Assembly: GCA_963713485.1 (NCBI GenBank)
Contig: CAVQLW010000010.1
Span: 17,376 to 81,375, forward strand
Length of the DNA stretch: 64,000 nt
Source of the DNA: Candidatus Dormiibacterota bacterium
Lineage (GTDB): Bacteria; Chloroflexota; Dormibacteria; Aeolococcales; Aeolococcaceae
Direction: 5' to 3'
Of this stretch, positions 63,263-64,000 are shown piece by piece. Within the stretch, counting starts at the first letter, position 1. Each line of letters begins with the position of its first letter. Under the pieces are notes generated by a model. The model saw only the letters and a program-made list of their open reading frames with translations. It made no database searches and had not been told where the DNA came from. The position numbers were made by a program, and so were the translations under genes.

Positions 63263-63943
63263 ATGGACGTCACCTTCCCGTCGCGATCGACCTCGCTGCA
63301 CGGCTACCTGGCGCTGCCCGACGCTGCCGGCCCGCATCCGGGCGTGGTCGTGATCCACGAGGCGTACGGCCTCAACGACAACATCCGCGACATCGCCGGC
63401 CGTTTCGCGACCGAGGGATACGCGGCGCTCGCAGTCGACCTCTTCGCAGGCCGCAGCCGCGCGATCTGCATGGCTCGGATGTTCGGATCGATGATGACCG
63501 GCCGCGACCCGTTCACCCTCCCCGATCTCGCCGCCGCCGTGGACTATCTGACAGCGCAGCCGCAGGTCGACGCCGACCGGGTGGGCGCGATCGGGTTCTG
63601 CATGGGCGGGGGCCTCGCGATCGCGTGGGCGCCGCGCGAGCCGCGCCTGCGTGCGATCGCGCCGTTCTACGGCACCAATCCACGTCCGCTGGAGGCCGTT
63701 CGGCGGATGTGCCCCGTGGTTGGGAGCTATCCGGGCAAGGACTTCACCGCGCGCTCGGGCCGGAAGCTCGACACGCACCTGACGCACATCGGCGTCGAGC
63801 ACGACATCAAGGTCTATCCCGGCGCGCGGCACTCCTTCTTCAATGACCAGGGTCGCGCGTTCGACGCGTCCGCTTCGGCAGACGCGTGGCAGCGCACATT
63901 GGACTTCTTCGCCGAGCACGTCAGGCCGCAACAGCCGGCATGA
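63263..63943 (+). CDS. Dienelactone hydrolase family protein
   Basis: VVIHEAYGL, GFCMGG nucleophile, YPGARHSF. Confidence 0.93.
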   Translation: MDVTFPSRSTSLHGYLALPDAAGPHPGVVVIHEAYGLNDNIRDIAGRFATEGYAALAVDLFAGRSRAICMARMFGSMMTGRDPFTLPDLAAAVDYLTAQPQVDADRVGAIGFCMGGGLAIAWAPREPRLRAIAPFYGTNPRPLEAVRRMCPVVGSYPGKDFTARSGRKLDTHLTHIGVEHDIKVYPGARHSFFNDQGRAFDASASADAWQRTLDFFAEHVRPQQPA

Positions 63944-64000
63944 GCGAACCGATCGACGTCCGGGAACGCCGCGAGCTCTGCGATCTCCTGCTCGAGGTGG
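63940..64000 (+). CDS. Start of a probable TIGR03085/maleylpyruvate-isomerase-like protein (partial)
   Basis: ATGA overlap; MSEPIDVRERRELCDLLLEV resembles the ERxxLCDLL N-terminus of that family. Confidence 0.45.
   Translation, partial: MSEPIDVRERRELCDLLLEV

Overview
High-GC, gene-dense bacterial window with no rRNA, tRNA, CRISPR array or recognisable mobile element. The gene styles suggest an Actinobacteria/Chloroflexi-like soil bacterium, possibly Ca. Dormibacterota (inference only). Layout: (i) 0-6.3 kb: ClC transporter, TetR, ABC exporter, enoyl-reductase-like protein, PtpB-like phosphatase and MFS. (ii) 6.4-17.4 kb: GntR-associated amino-acid ABC uptake and catabolic cluster of unknown substrate. 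(iii) 19.5-26.7 kb: envelope-proteolysis and c-di-GMP locus, with two paralogous sortase-fold genes flanking a C39-like peptidase, then a secreted subtilase ending in (GASWS)12 and a membrane-sensor GAF-GGDEF-EAL gene. (iv) 26.7-41.5 kb: three zinc-ribbon/class III cyclase/STAND ATPase/TPR-like genes bracketing an MBL-fold hydrolase and an MFS fused to a cNMP-binding domain. (v) 41.6-64 kb: miscellaneous genes (stand-alone RpoD-like sigma, CaCA antiporter, Amt, GT4-GH130 fusion, beta-propeller surface protein, ABC exporter, GT87, Crp, dienelactone hydrolase). Regions (iii) and (iv) are the best candidates for undescribed systems. About nine genes carry apparent small frameshifts, most likely sequencing or assembly errors. 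All calls come from reading motifs by eye; no database search was run.
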